Shown here one piece after another: positions 18,007 through 27,817 of a stretch of DNA of 64,000 nucleotides. The position numbers and the translations under genes are program-made. Each line of letters starts with the position of its first letter. Position 1 is the first letter of the stretch. The stretch covers positions 486 through 64,485 of the forward strand of contig JBBDSK010000271.1 of assembly GCA_040904985.1 (NCBI GenBank). Direction: 5' to 3'. The notes below the pieces were generated by a model that was not told where the DNA came from, made no database searches, and saw only the letters and a list, made by a program, of their open reading frames with translations. Source of the DNA: Woeseia sp. (GTDB lineage: Bacteria > Pseudomonadota > Gammaproteobacteria > Steroidobacterales > Woeseiaceae).

Positions 18007-18019
18007 AATAATGATTATA
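18007..18019. promoter_or_regulatory. Fur-box-like inverted repeat upstream of the TonB-dependent receptor
   Basis: AATAATGATTATA has the ATAAT-N-ATTAT core of the Fur consensus (two NATWAT hexamers). It lies ~50 nt upstream of the receptor ATG at 18068. Only the core matches; the flanks do not. Confidence 0.35.
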
Positions 18020-18067
18020 CGCTCGGCCGGTCTCGCCAAAAAAAAGCGTAACCGAGGCTAAACGACC

Positions 18068-20239
18068 ATGCGCACAGCATCGACCGGCGTATTGCAAACG
18101 GCCCTTTCCGCGACGCTCCTGGCTTTCACAACCACGCTCCATGCCCAGGCTCCTGCTGCCGACAGTATGTTCGAGGAGATCACTGTCACAGCCAAGAAGC
18201 GCGAACAAAGCATCTACGAGGTGCCAACCGCGATCAGCGCCTTCTCCGGTGCCGCCATCGAGAAGCAGGGAATCTCCGATCTTGTGGATGTGGGCAAATT
18301 CGTGCCCAACCTGAACGTAACCGGCTTTTCGGCCGGCCACACATCGTCAGCCAATCCTTTCATCCGGGGCATCGGTCTTCAGGATCACCTTATCACCACA
18401 GATCCGGGCGTCAGCGTCTACGTGGATGGCGTGTATCTCGGCCGCCAAGTAGGACAAAACTGGGATCTCAGCAACATCGAGCGGGTAGAAGTGCTCCGCG
18501 GCCCCCAGGGTACGCTGTACGGGCGTAACTCGATCGGCGGCGCTATCAATATCATTACCCTGAAGCCTGGCGTCGGCGATGAGGCCAGGGTGAGCCTGGA
18601 AGCGGGCAGCCGCGGGCGCGTCAACACCGACTTCTATGCCAACCGGGTTCTCACCGACACGCTGGCGGTCTCGGTGTCCGGCGCTTTCAAGCGGCGCGAC
18701 GGCATCGGCGAATTCCCGAACGTGGCCCGTCCCGCAGCCGACGTGGGTCAGCTGCGGGACATTGCCGCAAGGCTGGCCGTACAGTGGGAGCCGAGTGCGG
18801 ACTTCTCGCTGCTGTTCACCGCCGACGCCAACGATGGCGAGAACGGGCTGCGTCCCTATACGACACTGATCGATGAAGTGCCGAACGGCGGCCTGTTTCA
18901 GGCGGGCTTCCGAAACTCGGATCTCGCGGCGGATCCCTTCGACAACAACACCGGCCAGGCCAATCAGACCGAGGTGACGAATCAGGCCTACGGGCTGTCG
19001 CTCACGGCCGAATACGCTTTCAACAACAGCCTGCGTGCGAAGCTGATCGTGAGCGACCGCCATTCGGAGTACGAGAGCGGGCTGGATGACGACAGTCTGG
19101 AGGAAGATTTTCTGTCCTTTCCCGAGACCGGTTTCGCAGACCAGACTTCCGTCGAGCTGCAGGTCAATGGCGAGTACGGAGATTTCGACTTCGTCTCGGG
19201 TCTGTACTTTTTCGAGGAGGAAGGTTTCAACGATCAGCGTCCGACGGTGTTCCTTGGCTTTCCCGGCACCTTCCGCCTGGGGCAGGAGGTGGAGAGCGTC
19301 GCCGTCTATGCGAACGTAGGTTATTCGTTCTCCGACAGCCTGCGACTCGCTGGCGGTTTGCGCTATACGGAAGACGAGAAAGACGCCACCGTCAATATCA
19401 ACGATGGCTTGATCGATACGGCAGCTTCGCGGGACTGGGACGAGGTAAGCTGGGACGTCTCGCTGTCCTATGACCTCAACCGCCGACTCACCGGCTACGG
19501 CTCTGTCGCCAGTGGTTACCAGTCCGGACAATTTCCGCCGCGGCCGTTCTGCCTGTTCGGCTCGCTCGACTTCACCCGGCCGGGTAACGTGAGCCAGCCC
19601 AATTGCTTCGTGGCAAACGACAACATTACCGCCACCAACTACGAGTTGGGCCTCAAGGGGACTCCTTTCGAGTGGTTGCAGCTCGCCGTTGCCGCCTTCT
19701 ACACCGAGTACTCCGACCTGCCCTACCAGGTCAGCACCACCACCGGCGCCGGCTTCGACACCCGCAACATCATTGTCGAACAGGATTCCGTGGGGCTCGA
19801 GATCGAGGGCAGCCTCGCGCTGGCCCACGGCCTCTTCGTCCACGTCACCTTCGGCACCATCGACGTGGATGTCGACGACCCGGATGCCGTAGCGCCGCTG
19901 ACACCGGAAATCACGGCATCGGTCAGTCCGGAATACACTTTCGCCACCAGGAACGGCGGCAACATCACGCTACGTGCTGACTGGTCCTATCGGGACGAGA
20001 TGTTCGGCGAGCCGAGCGACGATCCCGGCCGCTTTACGCTGATCGGCAGCCGCGACCTGGTCAACTTCGACTTCAGCTACCAGTCGCCGGACGAGCGCTG
20101 GACCGTCGGATTGTACGGTCGCAATGTTACGGACGAACGTTACGATCAAGCGCGGCTGAACACGGGAGATTACGTGCTGGTGATGCTCGCAAACGACGCC
20201 AGCGAATTTGGCCTGCGTTTCGTCAGCCGCTTTTTCTGA
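18068..20239 (+). CDS. TonB-dependent receptor
   Basis: Signal peptide, then the plug motif EEITVTAKKREQSIYEVPTAISAF, VEVLRGPQGTLYGRNSIGGAINI, and a terminal ...RFVSRFF. Confidence 0.9.
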   Translation: MRTASTGVLQTALSATLLAFTTTLHAQAPAADSMFEEITVTAKKREQSIYEVPTAISAFSGAAIEKQGISDLVDVGKFVPNLNVTGFSAGHTSSANPFIRGIGLQDHLITTDPGVSVYVDGVYLGRQVGQNWDLSNIERVEVLRGPQGTLYGRNSIGGAINIITLKPGVGDEARVSLEAGSRGRVNTDFYANRVLTDTLAVSVSGAFKRRDGIGEFPNVARPAADVGQLRDIAARLAVQWEPSADFSLLFTADANDGENGLRPYTTLIDEVPNGGLFQAGFRNSDLAADPFDNNTGQANQTEVTNQAYGLSLTAEYAFNNSLRAKLIVSDRHSEYESGLDDDSLEEDFLSFPETGFADQTSVELQVNGEYGDFDFVSGLYFFEEEGFNDQRPTVFLGFPGTFRLGQEVESVAVYANVGYSFSDSLRLAGGLRYTEDEKDATVNINDGLIDTAASRDWDEVSWDVSLSYDLNRRLTGYGSVASGYQSGQFPPRPFCLFGSLDFTRPGNVSQPNCFVANDNITATNYELGLKGTPFEWLQLAVAAFYTEYSDLPYQVSTTTGAGFDTRNIIVEQDSVGLEIEGSLALAHGLFVHVTFGTIDVDVDDPDAVAPLTPEITASVSPEYTFATRNGGNITLRADWSYRDEMFGEPSDDPGRFTLIGSRDLVNFDFSYQSPDERWTVGLYGRNVTDERYDQARLNTGDYVLVMLANDASEFGLRFVSRFF

Positions 20240-20258
20240 GCAGCCCACAGCAGCCTGT

Positions 20259-22103
20259 TCAGCTACCCAGCGCCTCTCTCACCGCGCGGTAGGCATGTGT
20301 TATCGCGGAATCCGTGTTGGTGGCGGCGCCGGCATCTGAATTCGCGATCGTGATGCGGCCGAACGGCTGGCGCCCCTTGACCCACGGCTTGTCGGCTTCC
20401 GATGCGTATTCCGGCTCCCAGGTTCTGCCGGGAGCGTAGGAGTAGCCGTGCGCCCAGCGGTTGACCGTGATGGCGTGAATATCGCGCCCGGCATCGAATC
20501 CTGCGCCTGACAACGCCTGGTCGAGCTGGTCGCGCACGTGCTCCTCGAATACCGGGAATGGTGTCGTCAGCAGCTTCCGCCGTCCGGCACGCCACTGCTC
20601 CGGTCCCTGAATATCGTCGAAGTAAGGCACATAGCACATGTGCAGAACCATCGGTTTGTCTGGCGACTTGTTGAAGCGGTAATCGCCCAGTGACACCGGG
20701 TAGTCGAGTTCCACCTGCTTGTAGAAATCGTTGGTGTAGTAAACGTAGCGGATGCCAAGCTCCGCGAACGCGCGCCAGTTGGGGACAAGCACTTTCGTGT
20801 AGGTGAGCGGCACCTTGACGTTGTGCGCCAGGCCGCGTTTCTGCTCTTCCGGCAGCTCCGTGCAAATGTACGGGATGACACTGTTATAGCAGGCGAGTAT
20901 GCATTTCTTTCCGCGCACGGTATGGGCATCGCCACCGTGCACGTAGGTAATGTCGACCGCGCGGGCGTCGCCCGTATGCGCGGTATTCACCACCGTGCTG
21001 TTCAGGCGGAGGCGAACCTGTTCGCCGGGGCGATCGAGTTCCTCGTAAGCGAGGCGTGCCGTGACGCTGTCTTCCATCGTCTCGCCGGGAATGGCAGCGG
21101 GAATGAGGCTCCTGACGAGAAGCCGGGCTACGGAGGCATTACCGTCCGGAAAGTGGAATATGTAGGGCTCGTCGCCGCGATCGCCGATGCGCGGAATCGT
21201 GTGCTCCAGACCGGGAATGCCGCCGCCGTCGGTATAGCCCTGCACCGAAATCGCCGGGACTTCGTCCATGCCAACGCACCAGTAGCTCATGCCCCAGCGC
21301 TGGTACATCTCCAGAAGCTGGTCGTCGACCCTGACGTAGTCGCGTAAGTACTCGCGGTAGCTGATTTTCGACAGCAGTGCCTGCTTTTCGCCGCGGCTCA
21401 TGCCAGGCAGGTAGTCCCGTTCGTCCGTGAATACGCGCACGAGGTCGGCCCGCGCGCGCTCGTTCATCGGCGTGGCGGCGGCGAACTCCTTCCAGGGGAT
21501 GCGGCCGTAGCCGGGTACCAGTTTCCGTTGCCCGTAGGTCGCGCTGTCGTAGGCAATCGCATACGACAAGTCCATGGATGAATAAAGGTCCTGGTCGAAA
21601 TAGTCGTAGAAGCGCTGGACATCGACGCCGATCTCGGACAGCAGCGCTTTCGAGACACCGTTGTATCCCGACGGTGTATCAATCGCCTCGGTGCCGCCAT
21701 AGCCGATCCGGGTTTGGCCGCCAATGCTGAATTCGTTGCGCCTGGCATGCCCGCCGAAATCGTCGTGGTTGTCGAGGATCAGGATCCTGGCGTCAGGTTT
21801 CTCTTTCTTATACATATGCGCCGCCGAAAGGCCGCTGATGCCGGCACCCACCACCACGAGGTCGACTTCCTCCTCGTGCACGCCCTGCGGCCACGCTCTG
21901 CCGGCGACCCGCGCGTGCATGGTCTCCCAGGAACCATCATGGCTGCCGCGCAGCCCGGTTTTGCCCGGCGGGTAGTAGTCACGGCCCAGCGCAAACTTGT
22001 GTTCGGCGCGGCCGAAGACATCTGTCCACGGCGACAGCAGCGAAGCACCGATCGCAACCTGCGTTCCGTTCAGGAAGTCGCGACGAGTGACCTTGTCTTT
22101 CAT
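20259..22103 (-). CDS. Tat-exported FAD-dependent amine oxidoreductase (spermidine dehydrogenase SpdH-like)
   Basis: Twin-arginine signal MKDKVTRRDFLNGTQVAIGASLL. Rossmann motif DLVVVGAGISGLSAA. 614 aa. The SpdH-like assignment is from recall. Confidence 0.7.
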   Translation of the reverse strand: MKDKVTRRDFLNGTQVAIGASLLSPWTDVFGRAEHKFALGRDYYPPGKTGLRGSHDGSWETMHARVAGRAWPQGVHEEEVDLVVVGAGISGLSAAHMYKKEKPDARILILDNHDDFGGHARRNEFSIGGQTRIGYGGTEAIDTPSGYNGVSKALLSEIGVDVQRFYDYFDQDLYSSMDLSYAIAYDSATYGQRKLVPGYGRIPWKEFAAATPMNERARADLVRVFTDERDYLPGMSRGEKQALLSKISYREYLRDYVRVDDQLLEMYQRWGMSYWCVGMDEVPAISVQGYTDGGGIPGLEHTIPRIGDRGDEPYIFHFPDGNASVARLLVRSLIPAAIPGETMEDSVTARLAYEELDRPGEQVRLRLNSTVVNTAHTGDARAVDITYVHGGDAHTVRGKKCILACYNSVIPYICTELPEEQKRGLAHNVKVPLTYTKVLVPNWRAFAELGIRYVYYTNDFYKQVELDYPVSLGDYRFNKSPDKPMVLHMCYVPYFDDIQGPEQWRAGRRKLLTTPFPVFEEHVRDQLDQALSGAGFDAGRDIHAITVNRWAHGYSYAPGRTWEPEYASEADKPWVKGRQPFGRITIANSDAGAATNTDSAITHAYRAVREALGS

Positions 22104-22296
22104 ATTCTCCCCCCGGTCCGGGTGCGCCTCGAGGGCAAATCCAGACGACTCATATCGATCGTTAGCTGGAAGTGAAATCGACAGTACGTCGATGGATGTG
22201 CGAACGCAAGAATCTGCAAGGAACAGCCCGGGCGGGGCTCAGCCGCGAACGACGGGGCCGGGGCAGAGATTATTGAAATATCGTTATCATTGCCGC

Positions 22297-22839
22297 ATGC
22301 GGCGACCGACGAAAAACGAACTGAAGGCAGCCAGCGGAAAAAAGGTGCCTGACGTGATCGCTCGCGATCTCGATGTACTGTTCTGTGGCATTAATCCCGG
22401 CCTCTACTCCGGCGCGACCGGACATCATTTCGCCCGCCCTGGCAACCGCTTCTGGCCTGCGCTGCACAGTGCAGGATTCACCGACCGCCTGCTCGATCCT
22501 TCAGAAGAGCATCGGCTGCTCGATTTCGGATGTGGGATCACCAACCTGGTGCCGCGCACGACCGGGGCCGCCGCCGAACTCGCGAATGCCGAACTCGCCA
22601 GGGGACGGCGTGAGCTGGAGCGCAAGGTGCAACAGTTTGAGCCGCGCTGGCTCGCCGTGCTGGGTATCGGCGCCTACCGAACCGCCTTCGGGCAGCGCGG
22701 CGCAAGCATTGGTGAGCAGTCGGCCCGGCTGAACTCAACCGGCCTGTGGGTTCTTCCGAATCCGAGCGGGCTTAACGCGCACTACCAGCTCCCCCACTTG
22801 ATCCGGCTTTTCAGTGAGCTGCGCGCGGTTGTTTCTTAG
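22297..22839 (+). CDS. mug: G/U mismatch-specific DNA glycosylase
   Basis: Track ORF trimmed to ATG 22297 (MRRPTKNEL). Motifs: FCGINPGLYS and VLPNPSGLNA. Confidence 0.85.
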   Translation: MRRPTKNELKAASGKKVPDVIARDLDVLFCGINPGLYSGATGHHFARPGNRFWPALHSAGFTDRLLDPSEEHRLLDFGCGITNLVPRTTGAAAELANAELARGRRELERKVQQFEPRWLAVLGIGAYRTAFGQRGASIGEQSARLNSTGLWVLPNPSGLNAHYQLPHLIRLFSELRAVVS

Positions 22840-23950
22840 CCGGCACGAAGCTGTCGTGAATATCCTGCTGCACCGCCTGATAATGGTCGGCGACCATCCT
22901 GTCGTAGGCCTCGAGCAGATCGCGCTCCATCTCGCCGCGCAACGCGGACAGACTGATCTCTAGTGCGCGCAGCATTTCGTCCCGGTTGACGTGTTCGTCA
23001 ATGCGCAGTAACACCCAGTCGGCCGCCAGCCACGTGGCCGCACCCGCGAGCAGCGCGCATCCCAGGGCGACCGGACCGCTCGGCGCGCAGACCGCCGCGC
23101 CGCCGGCAGCCGCCGAACCGGCGCGTGCCGCACCACGGCCGAGCCCGCGGCTTATCGCGCGGCCGGTGGTGGTCGCGCTGCGCCGACTGGCGGCGCGCCA
23201 TAAGCCAGGACCGACCATCGCCCCGCCCGCGGCCAGCGTGCTGATCGACACTCTTGTTTCGAGCGCCGCGCGTTCCTGAGCCATCACCTCACCGACCAGC
23301 GCATCGAGCCGGATCTGACCCGACCGCGCTGCCGGTTCGGCGCCGGGCATCGTGAGCGGCGTGGGGACGCGATGCGCCGATAGACGGCGAGTCAGCTCGC
23401 TCAGCCAGTCCTCGCGAACCTGCTCGTGATGGCCCTGCACGCGCGCCGCCGTCTCGCTTTCCATCCGTGCCAGGTCGCTGTCCCAGTCACTATCGCGGAA
23501 CAACATGTCGGCGGCTCGATTTGCCACGTAGTCGCCATCCGCGAGATTGACCCAAGCCATCGCCATCATCGCGAGGCGCGTGTACTCGCCGCCCAGCGAG
23601 TAGTACCAGTCAGCGAAAGCCGGCAAGCGCTGCTGCACACCCGCAAATACGCGGTCCAGCCGGCCGCCGACCTCGCCCGCGATCAGCTCACGCGCCGCAA
23701 CCTCGCCTTCGCTGAAGTGCAGCGCCGAAAAACCCTCGAGCCACGCCAGTTGCTGCGGGGTGACGCGATAATGCTCGCCGGCGAGCGTCAGGGCTACCTC
23801 GTCGCCGCCATTCCAGGCGCGTTGCGACTGATGCGTGACCAGCCACAGGAGCGCGCCGGCCGTGACCAGGAGCAGGACGAGCATGAGCCACGGGCGGGCC
23901 GGGCGCTTGTACGCTCCGTTCATTTCAACCGCGAGCACGGTCATCCGCAC
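22811..23950 (-). CDS. Hypothetical membrane-anchored protein (N-terminal TM, helical middle, Gly/Ala-rich hydrophobic C-terminal segment)
   Basis: 379 aa. Segments: PWLMLVLLLVTAGALLWLV and GAAVCAPSGPVALGCALLAGAATWLAADWVLL. It overlaps the upstream gene by 26 nt. No family recognised. Confidence 0.6.
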   Translation of the reverse strand: MRMTVLAVEMNGAYKRPARPWLMLVLLLVTAGALLWLVTHQSQRAWNGGDEVALTLAGEHYRVTPQQLAWLEGFSALHFSEGEVAARELIAGEVGGRLDRVFAGVQQRLPAFADWYYSLGGEYTRLAMMAMAWVNLADGDYVANRAADMLFRDSDWDSDLARMESETAARVQGHHEQVREDWLSELTRRLSAHRVPTPLTMPGAEPAARSGQIRLDALVGEVMAQERAALETRVSISTLAAGGAMVGPGLWRAASRRSATTTGRAISRGLGRGAARAGSAAAGGAAVCAPSGPVALGCALLAGAATWLAADWVLLRIDEHVNRDEMLRALEISLSALRGEMERDLLEAYDRMVADHYQAVQQDIHDSFVPAKKQPRAAH

Positions 23951-24725
23951 TTACTCCGATCAGCACAGCGTTACAAACCAACAGATAAGACCACACAAAC
24001 AATGCTTCCTCCGCCAAAACCAGAAGCCAACCGAGCAACTGCAGCAAGGATGCACCCGGCTGAGGCATCAGTTGCTGCGCAAGCCACAGGCGCAGCCCTT
24101 CCGTGGCGGCGGCCATTTGCAGCAATGTATAGCCTGCGGGGCTGCGGGCCTGCTCCTGATCCACCAGGTGCCATACCGCGCGCTCCAGATTCACGCCGCT
24201 AAAGTCGGGATGGGCCTGGTGAAAGGCGAGCACCACAAGCAGCACGACCACCACGACACCCACCATCAGCAAAGACAACCGCCAGGTCAGCTCCGGCAGG
24301 TAGCTGCGGCTGACGTGCATTGCCAGGGACCGGCGCAGCAGCCTCTCCACCAGCACCAGCGCCGGCGCAAGGCCGATCAGGACGATCCATATCCCAATGC
24401 TGTCCAGCCGGACCAGGGCCACGGCCAGGACCAGCGCCAGGACCGAGCCGAGCAACACCTGACGCAGGCCCAGCAACCAGCCGCCGCGCAGCCAGCGCTG
24501 CAGCGGGCTCGCGGGCGCAATATACGCGGCAAGAAAGGCACGCCGCCGAATACGACTGCGCCAGAACAACGCGGCGGCAATGGCCGCCGTCAGAGCCGCC
24601 CACACGGCTACGAGGGCCGCCGTCGGCAGTGTTCGGCCATACATATGGAACAGCCACAATGCCGCGGTCAGCACAAGAAGGCACAGCATGTTGCGGGCCA
24701 TATTCCCAAGGGTATAAAGCGACAT
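23925..24725 (-). CDS. Hypothetical polytopic membrane protein
   Basis: 266 aa with about 6 hydrophobic spans (for example LCLLVLTAALWLF, ALVAVWAALTAAIAAALFW, LSLLMVGVVVVVLLVVLAF). It lies 73 nt downstream of the hybrid kinase on the same strand. Confidence 0.65.
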   Translation of the reverse strand: MSLYTLGNMARNMLCLLVLTAALWLFHMYGRTLPTAALVAVWAALTAAIAAALFWRSRIRRRAFLAAYIAPASPLQRWLRGGWLLGLRQVLLGSVLALVLAVALVRLDSIGIWIVLIGLAPALVLVERLLRRSLAMHVSRSYLPELTWRLSLLMVGVVVVVLLVVLAFHQAHPDFSGVNLERAVWHLVDQEQARSPAGYTLLQMAAATEGLRLWLAQQLMPQPGASLLQLLGWLLVLAEEALFVWSYLLVCNAVLIGVSADDRARG

Positions 24726-24798
24726 CGTCAGTCCGGCAGGTCGCTGCGGTCAAAGCGGCTCGTAGCATCGGCCGTCTCGGCGGTGTTGTGAATGCTTC

Positions 24799-27798
24799 TC
24801 ATTCGATAAGGCCCTCAGCAGAGGGATCGCATTGCTCCCCCTGCGTACTTTTCAGATCAGCCATCAAGGCTTCCAGCACTGCCGGCTGTAAAGGCTTCAC
24901 CAGATGGTAATCGAAGCCCGCCTCGGTTGTGCGGCGGCGATCTTCCTGCTGTCCCCATCCCGTTAGTGCCGCCAGAAGCGTGTTCTTCACTTCAGGAATT
25001 TCCCGGATCCGGCGGGCGACTTCATAGCCGTCCATCCCCGGCATTCCGAGGTCGAGAAGAATCAACGCCGGACGGTCCGCCTTCACCGCCCCGAGCGCCG
25101 AAACCCCGTCATGAGCCACCCGGACCTGATGCCCTTGCAACCGCAAAAGAGTGGCCAGGGTTGCGGCGGCATCCTCATTGTCGTCCACCACCAGAAGCCG
25201 ATAGCCTGACGAAACCGCTACCGGCCTCCGCTCATCTTTCTCCTCTTCCCCTGGTGCCAATTGCTCCCGGACCAGGAGCGGCAAGTGAACCGCGAACTCC
25301 GAGCCCTCGCCCAGCCCTTTGCTGTGAGCTTCCACCGTGCCGCCATGCATCTCGACCAGCTTTTTTACCAGTGTCAGACCTATACCGAGCCCGCCCTGCG
25401 ATCGGGTGGTGGCATGATCGACCTGCACGAACAATTCGAAAATGTGGGGCAAAACATCCGGGGCGATGCCGATCCCGTCGTCGGTCACCCGGAGCAGCGC
25501 CTCGTTGCCTTCTCGTCGAACGGACAATGAGATGCGCCCCCCGGGCTCGGTGTACTTGGCCGCATTCGTCAGCAGATTGGCGACGACTTGCGACAGACGC
25601 ACCGGGTCTGCGTTCATAAGCATGGACCCGGGCGGCAGCTCGATTCTGAGATCGTGCTCCTGAACTTCGATTAGCGGCTGCGCCGTCTCCACGGCGCGGG
25701 CAATGACAGTGGCGAGCTCCACCGACTCCTTGCGCAGCTCGATCTTGCCCCGCATTGCCCTCGAGACATCCAGCAGGTCGTCTACGAGCCGCACGAGATG
25801 ATGGACCTGACGCTCCATCACCTCCCGGGTCCGCTGGGCGGTTGTTGCGTCGACCATCGGCATCTTCAGGATTTGCAGCGAGTTGCGGATCGGCGCGAGC
25901 GGATTCCGAAGTTCATGGGCCAGAGTCGCCAGGAACTCATCCTTGCGCCGGTCGGCATCGGCCAGATCCTTCACCCGAGCGTGCAACTCCTCCTCCAGCC
26001 GCTTGCGAACCGTAATGTCCTCGTGGACCAGCACCACCTCGCGAACCTGGCCGCCAGAGTCCTTGAGCGGGTAGATTACGGCCGACAGCCAGCGGCGCGG
26101 ATCGGCGTAGCGGGTCGCGCCGGGAAGCGTATCGTTCGGGTTGTACTGAATGGCCGGGATGGCAGTGGCCTGCCCGGCAAAACCCCTGCGAACGTACTGA
26201 AGTACACCTTTGGCCTCCAGTTGCCGATCCTCGAGAATGTTGTACGCGAGGCCCTCCTCGAAGCTGATGCCCCACAGTTCCTGCCAGGCCCGGTTCACCT
26301 GAACGGTGCGGCCGTCCGGTGCAAACATCTGGATGCTGAACGGCGCCTGTTCCATCAGGCCACGAAATCGGACCTCGCTTTGCCGCAGTACCTCCTCGGC
26401 TTTCTTCCGCTCCATGAATTGCCCGACCTGTCCTGCGACGGTCGCCATCGTCTCCAGAAGGTCGGCATCCGGCTCACGAATGCGGTCACTGAAGAGTTCA
26501 ATTACGCCCATCGTTTCGCGGCCCGCCAGGAGGGGCCAGGAAAGCGCGGCGTGCAGTCCTTCCTCGGCGGCGGCGGTCGCGCGAAGGAAATTTTGCGCGT
26601 CATCCACATCCGGCAGCCAGACCGGCTCACCCCTCGCCCAGGCCTCACCGGGCAGTCCTTCGCCGCGTCGAAACGTCCGCTCGCGGCTGGCCGCGTCAAA
26701 TCGGGACAGCTCGAGACCGGGGGCATGCCAGCCGCCGAGACAATGCAGTGCGCCGGTATCGGCCTCGAGCTTCCACAAGAAGCCTGCCTCCCAGCCGAGT
26801 CCCTCGCAAATGGCTTGCAACACGTTACTCGCCGCCTCTGAGATGGCCGCCGCTTTCGCCAGAACCTGCGGCACAAGCAAGCGGACATTGCGGCGGCGCT
26901 CGCTGCGGACTCGCTCGCTGAGATCCCGCAGATGGGCCGAGAAGAGCGCCGGGCCGTCCCTGGATATCCGGGTGATGGCCAGTTCAACGGGGAATTCCGT
27001 TCCGTCCGCCCGCAATGCAGTAAGTTCTATACGCCTGCCCAGGATGTTGGTCTGCCCGGTGGCGAGGTGATTCGCCAGACTCCGGCGATGCCGCGCCCGC
27101 AGTGGCGCCGGAATGATGCATTCGGCAAGTTCTCGCCCGATCACTTCTGCACGGCGGTAGCCGAAGATTTTCTCCGCTGCCGGATTGAACTCCACCACCT
27201 TGCCGGAGTAATCCATCGCAATGACGCAGTCCAGAGCGGTTTCCAGTATGGCCCTTGTTTGCGCATCGCTTTCCCGCAGCTGCTCCTCGGAGCGGCGACG
27301 CTGCTCGACAATGGCGGTCTGATTGGCTCCTACCCCCAGCAGGACCCGGTCCTCCTCGGTGGGGAAGCCGCGCTTTCGGGAGCCGCTTATCACCAGGCCG
27401 TGACTATCGCCGCTGCCGAAGCGAGTGACGGCGATATGCAGCTTCCCCGCTCCGAAAGGATCGGGAATGGTGGCGGGAGCTTCCGCTCTATCCCTGTCGA
27501 TGAATGGGAGCAGCGACTCCCGTACTGCCTCGAGGCAAGCGCCGGCGCTACGATGCTTGCTGCGAAAGACTTCAACCGGGTCCTCGTCCGAATGTCCGTC
27601 CAAGCGAAAGTAAATCAGGTCGAGCGACAGCGCGCTCAGCAGCACATCAGCCAGGCTCCGGGCCATGCCTCTCCGATCGAGCCCGATCCAGACGGCAGGC
27701 AGGGCCGCCAGAGCCACCAGGTCTCTTATGGTGTGCCGGAGGCGGCGATTCTCTTCCCGAGCGACCTCTGATTCCGTCTGCGGCCGATGAGGATCCAT
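24799..27798 (-). CDS. Hybrid sensor histidine kinase / response regulator with PAS and GAF-like modules
   Basis: 999 aa. H-box: FLATLAHELRNPLAPI. N/G boxes: NLLTNAAKYT and DDGIGI...GGLGIGL. Receiver domain: LLVVDDNEDAA...DLGMPGMDGYEV. Confidence 0.9.
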   Translation of the reverse strand: MDPHRPQTESEVAREENRRLRHTIRDLVALAALPAVWIGLDRRGMARSLADVLLSALSLDLIYFRLDGHSDEDPVEVFRSKHRSAGACLEAVRESLLPFIDRDRAEAPATIPDPFGAGKLHIAVTRFGSGDSHGLVISGSRKRGFPTEEDRVLLGVGANQTAIVEQRRRSEEQLRESDAQTRAILETALDCVIAMDYSGKVVEFNPAAEKIFGYRRAEVIGRELAECIIPAPLRARHRRSLANHLATGQTNILGRRIELTALRADGTEFPVELAITRISRDGPALFSAHLRDLSERVRSERRRNVRLLVPQVLAKAAAISEAASNVLQAICEGLGWEAGFLWKLEADTGALHCLGGWHAPGLELSRFDAASRERTFRRGEGLPGEAWARGEPVWLPDVDDAQNFLRATAAAEEGLHAALSWPLLAGRETMGVIELFSDRIREPDADLLETMATVAGQVGQFMERKKAEEVLRQSEVRFRGLMEQAPFSIQMFAPDGRTVQVNRAWQELWGISFEEGLAYNILEDRQLEAKGVLQYVRRGFAGQATAIPAIQYNPNDTLPGATRYADPRRWLSAVIYPLKDSGGQVREVVLVHEDITVRKRLEEELHARVKDLADADRRKDEFLATLAHELRNPLAPIRNSLQILKMPMVDATTAQRTREVMERQVHHLVRLVDDLLDVSRAMRGKIELRKESVELATVIARAVETAQPLIEVQEHDLRIELPPGSMLMNADPVRLSQVVANLLTNAAKYTEPGGRISLSVRREGNEALLRVTDDGIGIAPDVLPHIFELFVQVDHATTRSQGGLGIGLTLVKKLVEMHGGTVEAHSKGLGEGSEFAVHLPLLVREQLAPGEEEKDERRPVAVSSGYRLLVVDDNEDAAATLATLLRLQGHQVRVAHDGVSALGAVKADRPALILLDLGMPGMDGYEVARRIREIPEVKNTLLAALTGWGQQEDRRRTTEAGFDYHLVKPLQPAVLEALMADLKSTQGEQCDPSAEGLIE

Positions 27799-27817
27799 TG
27801 AGGAATTTATGTCCGGC

